Source of the DNA: Eledone cirrhosa
Taxonomy: Eukaryota
Reading direction: 5' to 3'
Assembly: GCA_964016885.1 (NCBI GenBank)
Contig: OZ024742.1
Span: 294,748,001-294,812,000, forward strand
DNA length: 64,000 nt
The notes under the pieces are model-generated. The model was not told the origin of the DNA and did not search any database. It saw only the letters and a list, made by a program, of their open reading frames with translations. Position numbers and translations under genes: made by a program. This document shows, piece after piece, positions 25,160-37,407 of the stretch (its first letter is position 1; each line of letters starts with the position of its first letter).

Positions 25160-25445
25160 ATAAGCAAATGGGGGGCCCAAGTGCTGGCCGCCCTGCAGCC
25201 TCGGCTGACGGAATAGAGAGGGCATTTCCCCGGAGGATATTAAGGGAGCCATTCCAGCTCGCAAGACTCACATCTGCAGGTAGCCAACTCTGTGCCAATG
25301 ATGGTGAGTAGGGGGGGGGGATTCTAGGGTTAGGACACCAGAAGTCTCCACTGCTATGGGCTTCACCACAAACCTGTCGGAGAGCGACCAATATTTGGAG
25401 AGTTTATCCTCCTTGACTCAAAGTGCTGCAGAGCCTGGGTAGGGA
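25160..25445 (-). mobile_element. CRE-clade non-LTR retrotransposon 3' fragment (C-terminus of a restriction-like endonuclease)
   Basis: Minus frames read PGSAAL*VKEDKLSKYWSLSDRFVVKPIAVETSGV, then IIGTELA..ELEWL, then ILRGNALSI; this matches the K..KY...P.AVET.G...QRGNA.SI signature. Confidence 0.78.
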
Positions 25446-28380
25446 CTCATATGAAAAAAAGAAAAATTATTGAAAATTAGCCTAGAGTTAGAAGCTTTAG
25501 CATATGTATTTTTTTGGCTATGAAAACAGTTTAACAAATTGGGCATAAAAGCCCCTGGATGGAAAAAAAGGTGACTGTGCTGCCCTTTTTCCACCTATTT
25601 TTCGATGCTTGCATGGGTTAGATGGGTTGTCATGATATGAGACAAATCAGATCAGGTGACCACGTCTTGCTCATATAGGTCTGTATTTTAGTTTGGTTTT
25701 TACAGGCGGATGTCCTTCCTAATGCCAACCAGTGTGGACTGTGTGCTTTTTAACCAGGTACTAAAACGATCATCTAACAGACTGAGTGCTTTTCATTGTA
25801 ACACCAGCATGATTACCTTACAGGGTGGACTGGGTGCTTTTTGTTGTGTCATCAGCATGAATACCTTACAAGGTGGACTAGGTATTTTTTCTTATGTCCC
25901 CAACACAACCACCTTATAGGGGGGACTGGGTGCTTATCATCATCATCATGTAATATCTTTTCTCTCTGACAACAAGCACTGGATGAGTTGTCACCAGCCA
26001 TGTCAGTACTTATTCAGTGCTATTGATCTCTCAGATGGGTTGATTGTGAGGCTTCATTTCACACATATTCTCACAGTTTACAGAGTGTACTGGGTTCATT
26101 TTATCATTGTACCAGCACTAAGAATGTTGTCATATCTTTGACACAAATGAAGCGTTTTCCCGACCCTTTGTTTGGCAAGTTTTCTATGGATGGATACCCT
26201 TCTTATCAACAACCAGATTCAGGTTTGGTCATATTGCATGGCACCTTGGGCAAGAGGCTTCTACTATAGCCTTGGGTTGACATATCTTGTGAATGGATCT
26301 TGGTGTACAGAAACTGCAGCAGCATTTCAATATTTTGTTTCTTCTTTCAGAAGGCCATAAGTAGCTTTAAGGTTGTAGGTTCCTCGCCTCTATTCTAAGG
26401 GACTAAAATGTAATGTGCTACTGGGGTTCAGCTCTCAAGTTGATATATCACTATATAAGGGGGTATGTTGCATCTTCAAAGGCAGAGATGATAAAGCACC
26501 CTAAATATACAAAAGCAAAAGTCTAATTTCTTAGGCACTAAAATGTAAAGCACCATTGGGCTCCCTAATTTCAACATAAACAGATACATCAACATATAAA
26601 GGGGTATGTTGTATTTCTAAAATTAGATGTGATAAGACAAAACTGGTAGTATATTTAGAATCAGCAACCCAAATATACCCTAGAATGAGTCTAACTTTTT
26701 AGGTACAGAATGTGTGTTATTGTAATCAACTACATTTTAATGTTGATCATTAAAAAAATGGAGTATGTAGCAGAACAAAAAATTGATGTGATATAGAAAA
26801 ACTAATGCAGTCTGGAGTTCAAGAGTCCCGAATTAGTCAAAAACAAACCTTATAAATCAGTGTTACTCAGTGACATTAAATATAGAAGGATGCTACAATA
26901 ATATTAGTGATAATAAATATTTCACAAAAGTATATTTCTTTATGGAAGAATTTGGCAGAGCTCAGTGAAATAGAACTTTAAATTTCAGTGCAGTACTATG
27001 TTAATATATAAAATTAGTGTAAACAGAACGTTTGGAAAATAAATCAAGGTACACACATTAAAATAAACACAGCCATTTTATATAGTGGAAATGTGTGTAT
27101 ATAACAACAGCAATACCACCATCACCACCACTAACAACAACCTACAGATGTTTCTTTACCCCAATCAAAAGTGTCAGAGCCACAGCTGACTGATGCCATA
27201 CAGTGCCTCAGAAAGGTTACTAGACCTGCTAAAAATAGCAACAAAATCTCCCTTAAATAACTGTCTTTAAAACAAAAGACACGTTAGATAATGTAAACTG
27301 TACAAACGATTAAGATGTAATAATCATGGCTGGAATACCTTTGACCATATGTCTACTCTGTCAGGGCTGACTTAAAGAAAACAACAAATTCCTATTGGGT
27401 TAATAAAGTAAAGTACAAGTCCAGGATGGTGGATTGGCAGAATTGTCAGAGTGTTTGACAAGACGCCTTGTAGTATTTGACTTGGCTCTTTGTGTTATGA
27501 GTACAAATCCCAATGAAAGATAGTAAAGTTAATCTGTTGCCCAATTTAACACAACCATCTAGTGGTTTGGGTGTTGGACTTACAATCATAATGTCTAGGG
27601 TTCAATTCCTAGATTGGGTTGTGCATTATGTTCTTTTTAAGTTGCTCCAGTATACTCATCTGAAAATTAGTACCAGCAGTAGGTAGGGGTTTAACACTGC
27701 ATTGAACTGGGGAAAGTCGTGTACTCTCAATTGCTTAACACCAAAAGAAAAACAGGAAACCTAATGAGCTTCCGGGCTTGAGACAGACTTTAGACTTTAG
27801 ACTTTTTCTGGTCCTTAAATGCTTTTAGCAGAGTTCACTTTGTAGTAAATATTGGAATCAGCTTTTTGGTTTGTGGGTATCTACTTCCCTCTCTCTTCTT
27901 CCAACCAGTCTCAGAAGCTCTGAAAAATATAGATTCGTGGGCGCTGTACTTCCCTCCTCTGACAAAACAGTTGTTTTGGACCTCTGTCAATTCCAATGAG
28001 TAATGTTCCAGTTGTTTGATAAATCAGTCAGCATGCTCATGAGCGCAAGTGGCTGAGCAGTCCACAAACATGTGTACTCTTAATGTAGATCAGAAGGAGA
28101 TTCAGAATGACACAATGTGTGACAGGGTTGACCTTTTGAATTACAAGTGCAATTTATAGTTTTCCAGCTGAGTGGAATGGTGCAATGTGAACTAAAGTAC
28201 TCAACATACCACCAGGAATTGAACTCATGACCATATGATCATGAGCTAAACACTGTAACCACTATGCCATACCATTCACAAGATTACACAGTAAAATCAA
28301 CAACAACAACAATATATTGGCCCAATTGTTGATATTTTTAGCCGTGTTTTGTTTCTTACAGACTCATAACAGTTTACTGT

Positions 28381-28570
28381 TGGTGGATTGGCAGTATCGG
28401 TAGAGGGTCAGACGTCATGCTTTGCAGCATAGAGTTACGTTCCTTACGGTCTGAGTTCAAATCCTGCCGAGGTTAACTTTGCCTCTCATCCTTACGAGGG
28501 TCGATAAAATAAAGTACCAGTAATGTACTGGTATAATTGCTGGCCTTGCATCAAAAATAGAAACAGTTAT
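28381..28570 (+). mobile_element. SINE family A
   Basis: Box A, box B and central block as in other copies. Confidence 0.85.
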
Positions 28571-28624
28571 TTACAGCAAGCACTGTATAAAAGACAGATG
28601 TCTCAATGGTCAGTAGAAATTGAC

Positions 28625-29045
28625 CAGTGGATATGGATGGTGATGATGATGGTGATAAAGATAGATGTGATGGTGATAATGGGGATGGTGATTGTGGTGA
28701 TGGAGGTGATGTGATGGTGATGATGGGAGATGATGGTGATAATGGTGATGTTGATTATGATGACAATGGTGATGATGATGAGGATGGTGGTGGTGATGAT
28801 GATGGTGATGAAGGTAGGGTTGATGGTGATGATGGTGATGGTGATAGTGATAGTGGTGGTGATGATGTGGTGATAGGGGTGGTGATGGTGATGGGGATAG
28901 TGATGGTACTGGTGATGAGGCTGGTGGTGATGGTGATAATGGTGGTTCTGGTTGATGGTGGTGGTGAGGTTGATGGTGATGATGAGGGTGTGATGATAAT
29001 GGTAGTAAGGGTAATGATGTTTGTGATGGTAATGATGATGGTGAT
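28625..29045. repeat. Degenerate (GAT/GGT)n trinucleotide tract
   Basis: Read directly from sequence. Confidence 0.9.
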
Positions 29046-29143
29046 ATAATGGACTCACTATTGGTTTTAACAATGACCAACTGAACATCAAGCTTATTAA
29101 ATTAAAATGTAAGTGGTTGAATATTTTGCAGGCATGTGATTTC

Positions 29144-29380
29144 TTAACCCTTTCATGACCCCATTTTTAATGAAATACACTCTATTCTAATTAATCAATG
29201 AAGAATTTTGAGGGATTTACTTACATTATTAATTATTTCATTAATAAGATAGTAGGTTAATGTAAGGTTCTTATATAAAATTATGTTGGAAGATTTTAAT
29301 TTAAATTGGAAACCTTAAAAAGGGTGGCTTTATTTCATAGAACAGAACTGGTTTTGGCTAGGTTGGTAACTAAAGGGTTA
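29144..29380. mobile_element. TTAA MITE family 1
   Basis: TTAACCCTTT...AAAGGGTTAA termini; body homologous to 19834-20073. Confidence 0.8.
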
Positions 29381-30394
29381 ATATAATTTGTGGGCAGAAG
29401 CAGCATGACACAATATGTGACAAAAGTGGACTTATAAATGACAGTCACAGTCTATTGTATATGGCTGAGTATTCCACAGTCATGTGTACCCTTAACCGAC
29501 TTCTCAAGCCGATTCAGGGTGACACAATATGTGGCAAGATTAGACCTTTGAATTACTGGTACAATTTCTTTTATAGTGATAAAGGCAGTGGATTGCCAGT
29601 ATTGGTAGAGCGTCGGACACCATGCTTCACGGCATAGAGTTACGGCCCTTTACGTTCTGAGTTCAATATATGTACCATTAGCATAATTCTCAGGAAGATT
29701 CAACATGACATAGTGTATGACAAGGCTGGTCCTTTGAATTACAGGTACAGTCCACATTGTATTATAGTATATGCGGTTGAGTATTCCATAGATATATGTA
29801 CCGTTAATGTAATTCCCAAGTTGAATCAGTGTGGCAATATATGACAAGGCAGGACCTTTGAATTACAGGCATAGTTCATCTGACAAGCTTCTACACAGTT
29901 TTTGTCTGCTCAAAAGCTTGTGTCAATCCAAGGTTATGGTAAAGACACTTGCCCAAGATGACATGCAGTGGCATTGAATCTGTGACCTCATGATTGTGGA
30001 TCAAACTTCTTAACCTCACAGCCATGCTTGTATCCATTATGTAGATGTAAAAGGTGATAAGAAACCACTACATTGAACAACAAGATGATGAAATCTCCAA
30101 AATTTCCCAAGTATAAAATTGGTAATGTATTTTTTTTTTTTGCTTGAGTCCTAGCATGTAAGGTCATGCTGGAGTACCATCTTCAGTGCTGGTGGTTACT
30201 AAAAAAAAGGGGGTGATGGTATTTTTATATGTAGAGGAAGAAGAGAGAAAGAAAGTAAAAGAGAAAGAATACGTTAATAAAAGCTTAGTATGTGTGAAAG
30301 GTAAAGAACAGGAGGGAATAGAGAAAATAAGATACAGATAAACATATGGAAATATATAAAGTTTGCAATAATTCCAGTTAAAGAGAAAACTATG

Positions 30395-30635
30395 TTAGCC
30401 CTTCAGTTACCAACCCGGCCAAAACTGGCTCTGGTTCTATGAAATAAAGTCACCTATTTTAAAGGTTCTAATTTAAATAAAAAATCTTCCAACATAATTT
30501 TATATAAGAACCTTACATTAAGTTACTAGCTTAGTAATAACACAATTAATAATTTTAGTAAATCCCTCAAAATTCTTCATTAATTAATTAAAGTAAAGTG
30601 TATTTCATTAGAAATGTGGCCATGAAAGGAGTAAA
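30395..30635. mobile_element. TTAA MITE family 1, opposite orientation
   Basis: Reverse complement of the 19834-20073 body. Confidence 0.75.
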
Positions 30636-31047
30636 CAGCAGATAAAATAACTGACAACAACAATAACACTAAAACAAACACCACTGCCACCACCAACACT
30701 GTATCAACAACTGGACAACACCACTACCACTATCACCAATAACAACAACAATAACACCAACAGCAACATCACTAGCACCAGAAGCAACTATAAACTTAAC
30801 ACTACAAACAGCAACACCACTACCGCCACCACCAACAACAACAACAACAGCATCTACCCTGTACCAACAACTGACATCAGAATCGCCACCACCAACAACA
30901 CTAGTAACAACAACACCACAAACTCCTACCCTATACCAACAACCGGACAACACCACCACTAACAACAACAACAACAACAGTAGATCTAATGACAACAAAA
31001 ACAGCAGAAAGAAGAAAAATATTTCCGATATAAATGTTGGCAAAATG

Positions 31048-31082
31048 ACTTACCTGTGAAATTTATAGAAGAAAATTAAGTG
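31048..31082 (-). promoter_or_regulatory. Candidate recursive splice site (zero-length exon)
   Basis: Minus strand CTTAATTTTCTTCTATAAATTTCACAG|GTAAGT: branch-like CTTAAT, pyrimidine tract, CAG and a perfect donor; junction 31054/31053. Confidence 0.55.
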
Positions 31083-31394
31083 GAAGTAAAGTGAATGGTT
31101 TTGGTAGTTTTAATAAATAGTGTGGTCCCCTGCTTATTACAGTTGTTCTCTTGACATAGGAAGCTGACTGACTCAGTGTCTTAGAGAGAAGACAGTTGTT
31201 GGAGGGAGTGTGGGTAGTTTGGTGGGATGGTGATGATGGTGTGGTGGTGGTGTGGTGGTGGTGGTGGTGGTAGTGGTGGTGGTGGTGGTGGCAAGGAGAG
31301 ATGAGAGATAGATAGGGAAATAGATTACCTCACTGTGTGGAGATGGTGCAGGGGAGAGAAAAGAAGAGGTGTGAGCAGTAGTAGGAGGGTAGTG

Positions 31395-31452
<58 letters not shown>

Positions 31453-32399
31453 GATGTGAGCAGTTGCAGGATGGTGGTAGGGAGATATAAGAAGAAGATA
31501 GATCAGCCCTGTATGATTTTGTATGTATATATGTATATATGTATATATGTATAATATATATATAATATATGTATGTATGTATATATGTAATTTGTGTGAA
31601 TGTATATATATGTATATATATATATAGAGAGAGAGAGAGAGCGAGAGCGAGAGAAGGAGGGAGAGAGAGAGAGGAGTGAGAGAGAAAAGGGATGTGTAGG
31701 CTGATGCTAAAGGATGTTAAAGATGGTTAAGTAGAAGTGTGAGGAGATAAAGAGAAAAGAATGATAACAATAATGGTAGGAGGAGGCATGGTGGTTGTAA
31801 GAATCATAAAGAGGGTGGGAGATAGAGGGAGGGGGAATTAAAGGTAAAGAAGAGAGGAAGAATTTGGGAGGGGGTGAAGAAGAGAAAGAAATCTGTTATA
31901 TATGGTAATGTGTGTGTGTATGTGGATGTGTGTGTGCGTGTGTGTGTGTGTGTGGAGAGAGAGATGGGAGTTGTTTTACTAAAGTAACTTAGTTACTATC
32001 AAGTCTTGAAATGTGCCAAAATCTAAGCCGGCATTAACATCCTCCTCCTCACCATCATCATCCTCATCACACCCCCCCCCCCCCGCTCGCCTTATCACCC
32101 CCATCCCTCTCGCCGCTCCACTCCATCATCATCATCAACATCATCAACAACAGCAGCAGCAGTAATAGTAGCAGCAACAGTATACGTTGCCATAACAACA
32201 AGAATTCAACTTAACAAAATTTCTAAAGTTAAATATCCTATATTTATATAATTGAGAGGTGGTTAGTTTGGCAGAGTCATTAGAGAGTTACATTTTTGTC
32301 CACCCTCCATATGCTCTAAGTTCAAATCATGTCATGGTTCACTTTGCCTTTCATCCGTTCAGGGCTGATAAAGAAAGTACCAACCATCTGCGAGCACAG

Positions 32400-32656
32400 C
32401 TCTCTCTCTATGAGATGTTACTGTGACATGATCTGATGGATTGATATGTATTGATCAAGACCATCCTCAGTTCAGAGGAGAAGAAAGCAAGGACATCAAG
32501 AAAAAAATGGGCAAATGACATTACAGAATGGATTAGTAAAGACTTTGTGATAATCCAAGTCCTGACTCACAACAGAAATAGATGAAGGATGCGAAATATT
32601 GTTCCATTCTGCAGCACTCCTACGACCCTAAAGAGTCACAGAAAAGTGAAGTGAAA
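32400..32656 (+). mobile_element. Old RTE/BovB-like 3' fragment
   Basis: KTIL..RRKQG..RKKWANDITEW-like translation with frameshifts; (AAGTG)n-like tail. Confidence 0.55.
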
Positions 32657-32771
32657 AATGAAAAAAAAAAAGTAAAAAAAAAAAAATGAAATGAAATTTA
32701 CTAGTCACACCTATTCAGGTTTAGCTGGCCTCAATCAGGTTGCATCTCATATGATGTTTCTTTGGTGTTTT

Positions 32772-32966
32772 AATAATTGTTTCTACTTTTGGCACAAGAC
32801 CAACAATTACCCCAGTGCATTACTGGTGCTTTATTTTATCGATCTCACAAGGATGAAAGGCAAAGCTAACCCCAGCGGGATTTGAACTCGGAATGTAAAG
32901 GGTCATAACTCTGTGCTGCAAAGCATGGTGTCTGATGCTCTACCGATACTGCCAATCCACTGCCCT
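32772..32966 (-). mobile_element. SINE family A
   Basis: Full-length homologue of the other copies. Confidence 0.85.
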
Positions 32967-33879
32967 TTGTGTTTTAATAATAAAGAGCTCCAGTCCTAGC
33001 AATATGAAATGAAACATCTTACTGAAGAAAACAACACACCAAAGGGTTCAAAAATCGATCCCATGACTCTATTGTTATCAGTACTATATCCTAACAACTA
33101 TGTCACATGTAAAGTGAAGTGAAGTTAAATTCAGACTTTAGTTTCAAACAGAAGTATATAACAACTTCATTTGAAAATTTTGTTGTGGATTTTCTACTCA
33201 CGTCCTTTTTTTTAAATCAAATTTAACAATAACACAGACCTGTAAGGTGGAGTGGCTGTTTCAGCATGTCTTCCTCGCTGTCCTCTGGGGCAATGCATTC
33301 TCCACCCTGTCGGCTGGGACCCATAGGTGATGGGAAAGTTAGTTGGTGGTGGGAGATGCTTGTTTGGATAACACATGCAACTCCTTCTTGTGAGTTGAAA
33401 AGATAGTAAGCAATATTAATACCTGCCTTCTTATAATGCTTACTAAATAGCCCCTTACCACACACTGTTATATGGATATAGAATGGAAGGGAACTCTGTT
33501 GGTTTCAACAATAAATGTTTCAATTGTTCAAGCAATGGAATTTCCTGCTCATGAAATTAGTGTAGAAGTGGCTGAGCATTCCATAGACATGCATACTCTT
33601 AATGTAATACACAAAGTGATTTAGCATGACACAAGGCTGGCCCTTTGAATTACAGGACAGTTCACTTGATAGGCTTCCAAACAGTTTATATCTACCCAAT
33701 TTCACTCACATGGTATGAGTCAGCCCATGGCTATGATAAATGATACTTCTCCATAATGCTATACAGTAGGATTGAACCTGGGATCTAATGATTACAAAGC
33801 AAATGCCACACATATTGTATAGTATTTAATGTTATTTTAATAGATTTCTCATATCACAGTTTATGGAATTAACTTCTGT

Positions 33880-34640
33880 TACGTGCTCCAATTCAATATC
33901 ACAGATCCACATGTTATAGTTGGCACTGTAAATGTGTTGATGGCATAGATACTGTTGACCTTGCTATTGTGATGTTTTTTTAATATTTTGGGGGTGTAAA
34001 AATATTCATTTTTCATTGTTGCTTGAATACCTTTCACACATGCAGTTTTATTTCCATCATTACTATCTTTTATGTGGTGCAACCAGTCACTGGGGTGCCA
34101 CTCTAGACATTTTCAGTTTGTCCTATCTTGCACAATCCTTTATATTGTCAAATCAGCTCTGACAATCAGTAAATACCATTGGTCTCTGTCTTTTTATCAT
34201 GTTCAGAAGGGTCACAGTTTTGCTACTTGTCCAGTCCTTGATGTTGTCGGACCAGCTCTCACTGTCAACAGTCACCACTGTCCTCCATCATACCCAAAAA
34301 GGTCAGTGTTGTGACCTTTCCAGCCCTTAATATTATCAGATTAGGATTCTTCTTAGTATGTCTATTCATGGCCTCTCTTCAACTGTACCCAAATATTTGC
34401 AAAATGTGGAATTGTCCACCCTCTTTGATAACTGCTCTATGAAGTTTAAAATAATCTGCACTACTGGTCACTCTGCCTAGTTTTATTATAAGTGACTTGG
34501 AATTCTTCAGTCCAAATGAAATTTTTATATCCTGGCTAAGCTCCTTTACAATATAATAAACTGAAGAATCTCTCATACTGGGGATCATTCACAACCATAG
34601 AGCTTTAGGTCATCTAAGAAGAAGACATTGTGCATGTCTT
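33880..34640 (-). mobile_element. R4/Dong-clade LINE RT remnant, interrupted
   Basis: FFLDDLKLYG, IVKELSQDIKISFGL and KILKK..NSIYAINTFTVPTI..ILNW correspond to the R4-type YMDDLKLY, FSxDIxMxFGL and NKIxAINxxAVP motifs. Confidence 0.7.
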
Positions 34641-34756
34641 CTTGATATAACCACAACTTAAAATACTCACAGCAAGACTATATCTATATTTATTATACAT
34701 TAATATATTGTATACACCTCTATTCTGAACTCCACTGTATTAATGCTATCACTAAT

Positions 34757-34971
34757 TAATTGTTTCTACTTTAGGCACAAGGCCAGCAATTACCCAGTAC
34801 ATTACTGGTAGTTTATTTTATCGACCCCGTAAGGATGAAAGGCAAAGTTAACCTCGGCGGGATTTGAACTCAGACTGTAAAGGGACGTAACTATGCTAGA
34901 AAGCATGGCGTCCATCACTAATTAATTGTTTCTACTTTAGGCACAAGGCCAGCAATTATCCAGTGCATTAC
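34757..34971 (-). mobile_element. SINE family A plus a duplicated 3' stub
   Basis: TCACTAATTAAT occurs three times, bracketing a near-full copy and a ~50-bp tail copy. Confidence 0.8.
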
Positions 34972-36387
34972 TTCACTAATTAATACTAGCCAATATGGTT
35001 GAGTTGTGTTTATAAGACTTGCTTTGACGTATACAACATTGAACGTTAAGAAGGATGGGTGTGATTACAGACTACAAAGGTATGTTGTCTATATTACTCA
35101 ATGAATTATTAAGACACAAATCATTTGTACTTGGCTGACATGAAAACTAGATTTAAAATAAATAAGACAAAAATATCATTTACGCAATTTTAGAGAATAT
35201 TACGTTAGCAATATTGTAACAGTAGTTATATTTTATAGAATTATATTTATAGTGCTATATACAAAAATAACAAGACAGGCGTGTAGTGTCCCAGAATCAA
35301 TGCTGCTTCTGTTTGTGGCTCTGATAGCTATCGGCAAAGCATTATCATCTCTCAATGTTTAACCTATTCATTACTTTATTTCTAATGAAAGTCACTACCT
35401 ATGATTTTCGACTTTGGAACAACAAGAATTTGTAACAATTTAGTAAAGAGATTTACTTTTTCATTATTAAGCTCGTACAAAATTATGGTAGAAGGTTTTT
35501 GGGGAGGTAAATATAAACACTTTTAAACAGATTTGTATTGTAGAATCAAGATAGTTTCAGGTCGTTTATATCAAAGGGGTTAATCAAGGTTCGTTTTTAG
35601 ATAAAACTATGATGGTTTTTGGAAAAATATAAACATTTATAAAAAATACAGCTTTATCATAGGGGCATGGTTGGTTTAAGTGGGTTTGGAAGATTTTTTA
35701 GATAAATATAAACACTTTAAAACAAGCAGCTTTGTATTGTAGAACCAGGAGTGGCTTCCGGGTGGTTTGGAAACACATTTTACTTCATCCATAACCCATT
35801 ACCATTTAAACCAGCCATATCTAGCCAGAATTATCTCACCTCTTTCTGTTCAAACCAGCTGTAACCAGCCACTCATACTGACATTAAAGTATGGTTCTCA
35901 AAATAAATATCAAAATTTCATAGATTCGATATTATGTGAGATAATTATGCAAGATAAAACCTTCACCATGAAAATACAATAGTATATATAGATCAATGTA
36001 AATGCTAAAGTGGGTTTGGAAGATTTTTAGATAAATATAAACACTTTAAAACAAGCAGCTTTGTATTGTAGAGCCAGGAGTGGCTTCAGGTGGTTTGGAA
36101 ACATGTTTTACTTCATCTTTAAAGCATGATATATAATATTCTATCAGACATTTGAGATATCTACCAAAACTATATATTATTGATTCACTTGAGCTATATA
36201 CCAAAATATATATTATTCACTCACCTGAACTATATACCAAGCCTATGTTATTTACTTACCTCTTTCTTACTGTTAAGATATATTGAAAGATTGGCTGATA
36301 TTCAACGCTTTAGAGATATTTTCTACGTTTTTTTCATGTACGTTTGACGTAAAGAAATTTGAACCAGAAGAGATTTCCAAATCAGTA

Positions 36388-37021
36388 AATAATAATAATA
36401 ATAATAATTGTTTCTACTTTAGGCACAAGGCCAGCAATTGCCCAGTGTATTACTGGTACTTTATTTTAATCTACCCCGTAAGGATGAAAGGCAAAGTCAA
36501 CCTCGGCGGGATTTGAACTCAGAATGGCAAGGGCCGTAACTCTATGCATCAAAGCATGGTGTCCGACCTTCTACCGATACTGCCAATTCACCATAATGAT
36601 TTAAGATTCAGGCAGAAGGCCAACAATTTTGGGTGAGGAGAAATTCGATTAAATCGACCCAATGTATTACTGGTGCTTATTTTATCGACCTGGTAAGGAT
36701 GAAAGGCAAAGCTAACCTCGCTGGGATTTGAACACAGAACGTAAAGGGACATAACTCTATGCTGCAAAGCATAGTGTCTGACACTCTACTGATACTGCCA
36801 ATCCACCGCCCTTTAATAATTATAATAATAATTATTATTTCTACGTTTGGCACAAGGCCAGCAATTACCCAGTATATTACTGGTACTTTATTTTATCGAC
36901 CCCGTAAGGATGAAAGGCAAAGTTAACCTCGGCGGGATTTGAACTCAGACTATAAAGGGCCGTAACTCTTTGCTGGAATGCATGGCGTCCTAACCTCTAC
37001 CGATACTGCCAATCCACCGCC
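36388..37021 (-). mobile_element. Three head-to-tail SINE family A copies
   Basis: Units at ~36400-36592, ~36600-36812 (longer variant) and ~36825-37021, bordered by AAT-rich tails. Confidence 0.9.
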
Positions 37022-37139
37022 ATTATAATAATAATAAAATGTGTGTATTACCAAATTTTGCCTCAGGTGTCAGGTTAAATACTTGGCATATGGGAAAGAA
37101 GCAGAATTCAAAGAAAGTTTCAAATAAAAATAATAATAA

Positions 37140-37407
37140 TATGCTCAGAGTTAAAGGCAGAGAGTGAAGGCTTCATCTTAGCTGCTCCAGATCAAAGCTT
37201 ATTAACATGGAACTATAAAGTCAAAGTGGAATAGATCCAAAGTGCCAATTCTGCAATGATGAGATTGAAAGAGTCGACCACTTAATCTCTGGATGTAAAG
37301 TTTTAGCACCAGTAGAGTATAAATCAAGACATAACAGAGTTGGCCAATAACTACGCGGGTTAATACGTCAGAATTATAAAATCAAAACTGCTGACAAATG
37401 GTATATT
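37140..37407 (+). mobile_element. R4/Dong-clade LINE fragment (CCHC knuckle region)
   Basis: LKAESEGFILAAPDQSL, then KCQFCNDEIERVDHLISGCKVLAPVEYKSRHNRV. Confidence 0.8.

Noticed and set aside
25099-25311. Plus-strand ORF ending at a GTGAGT donor
   Set aside because: Better explained as the antisense of a CRE-clade retrotransposon fragment.
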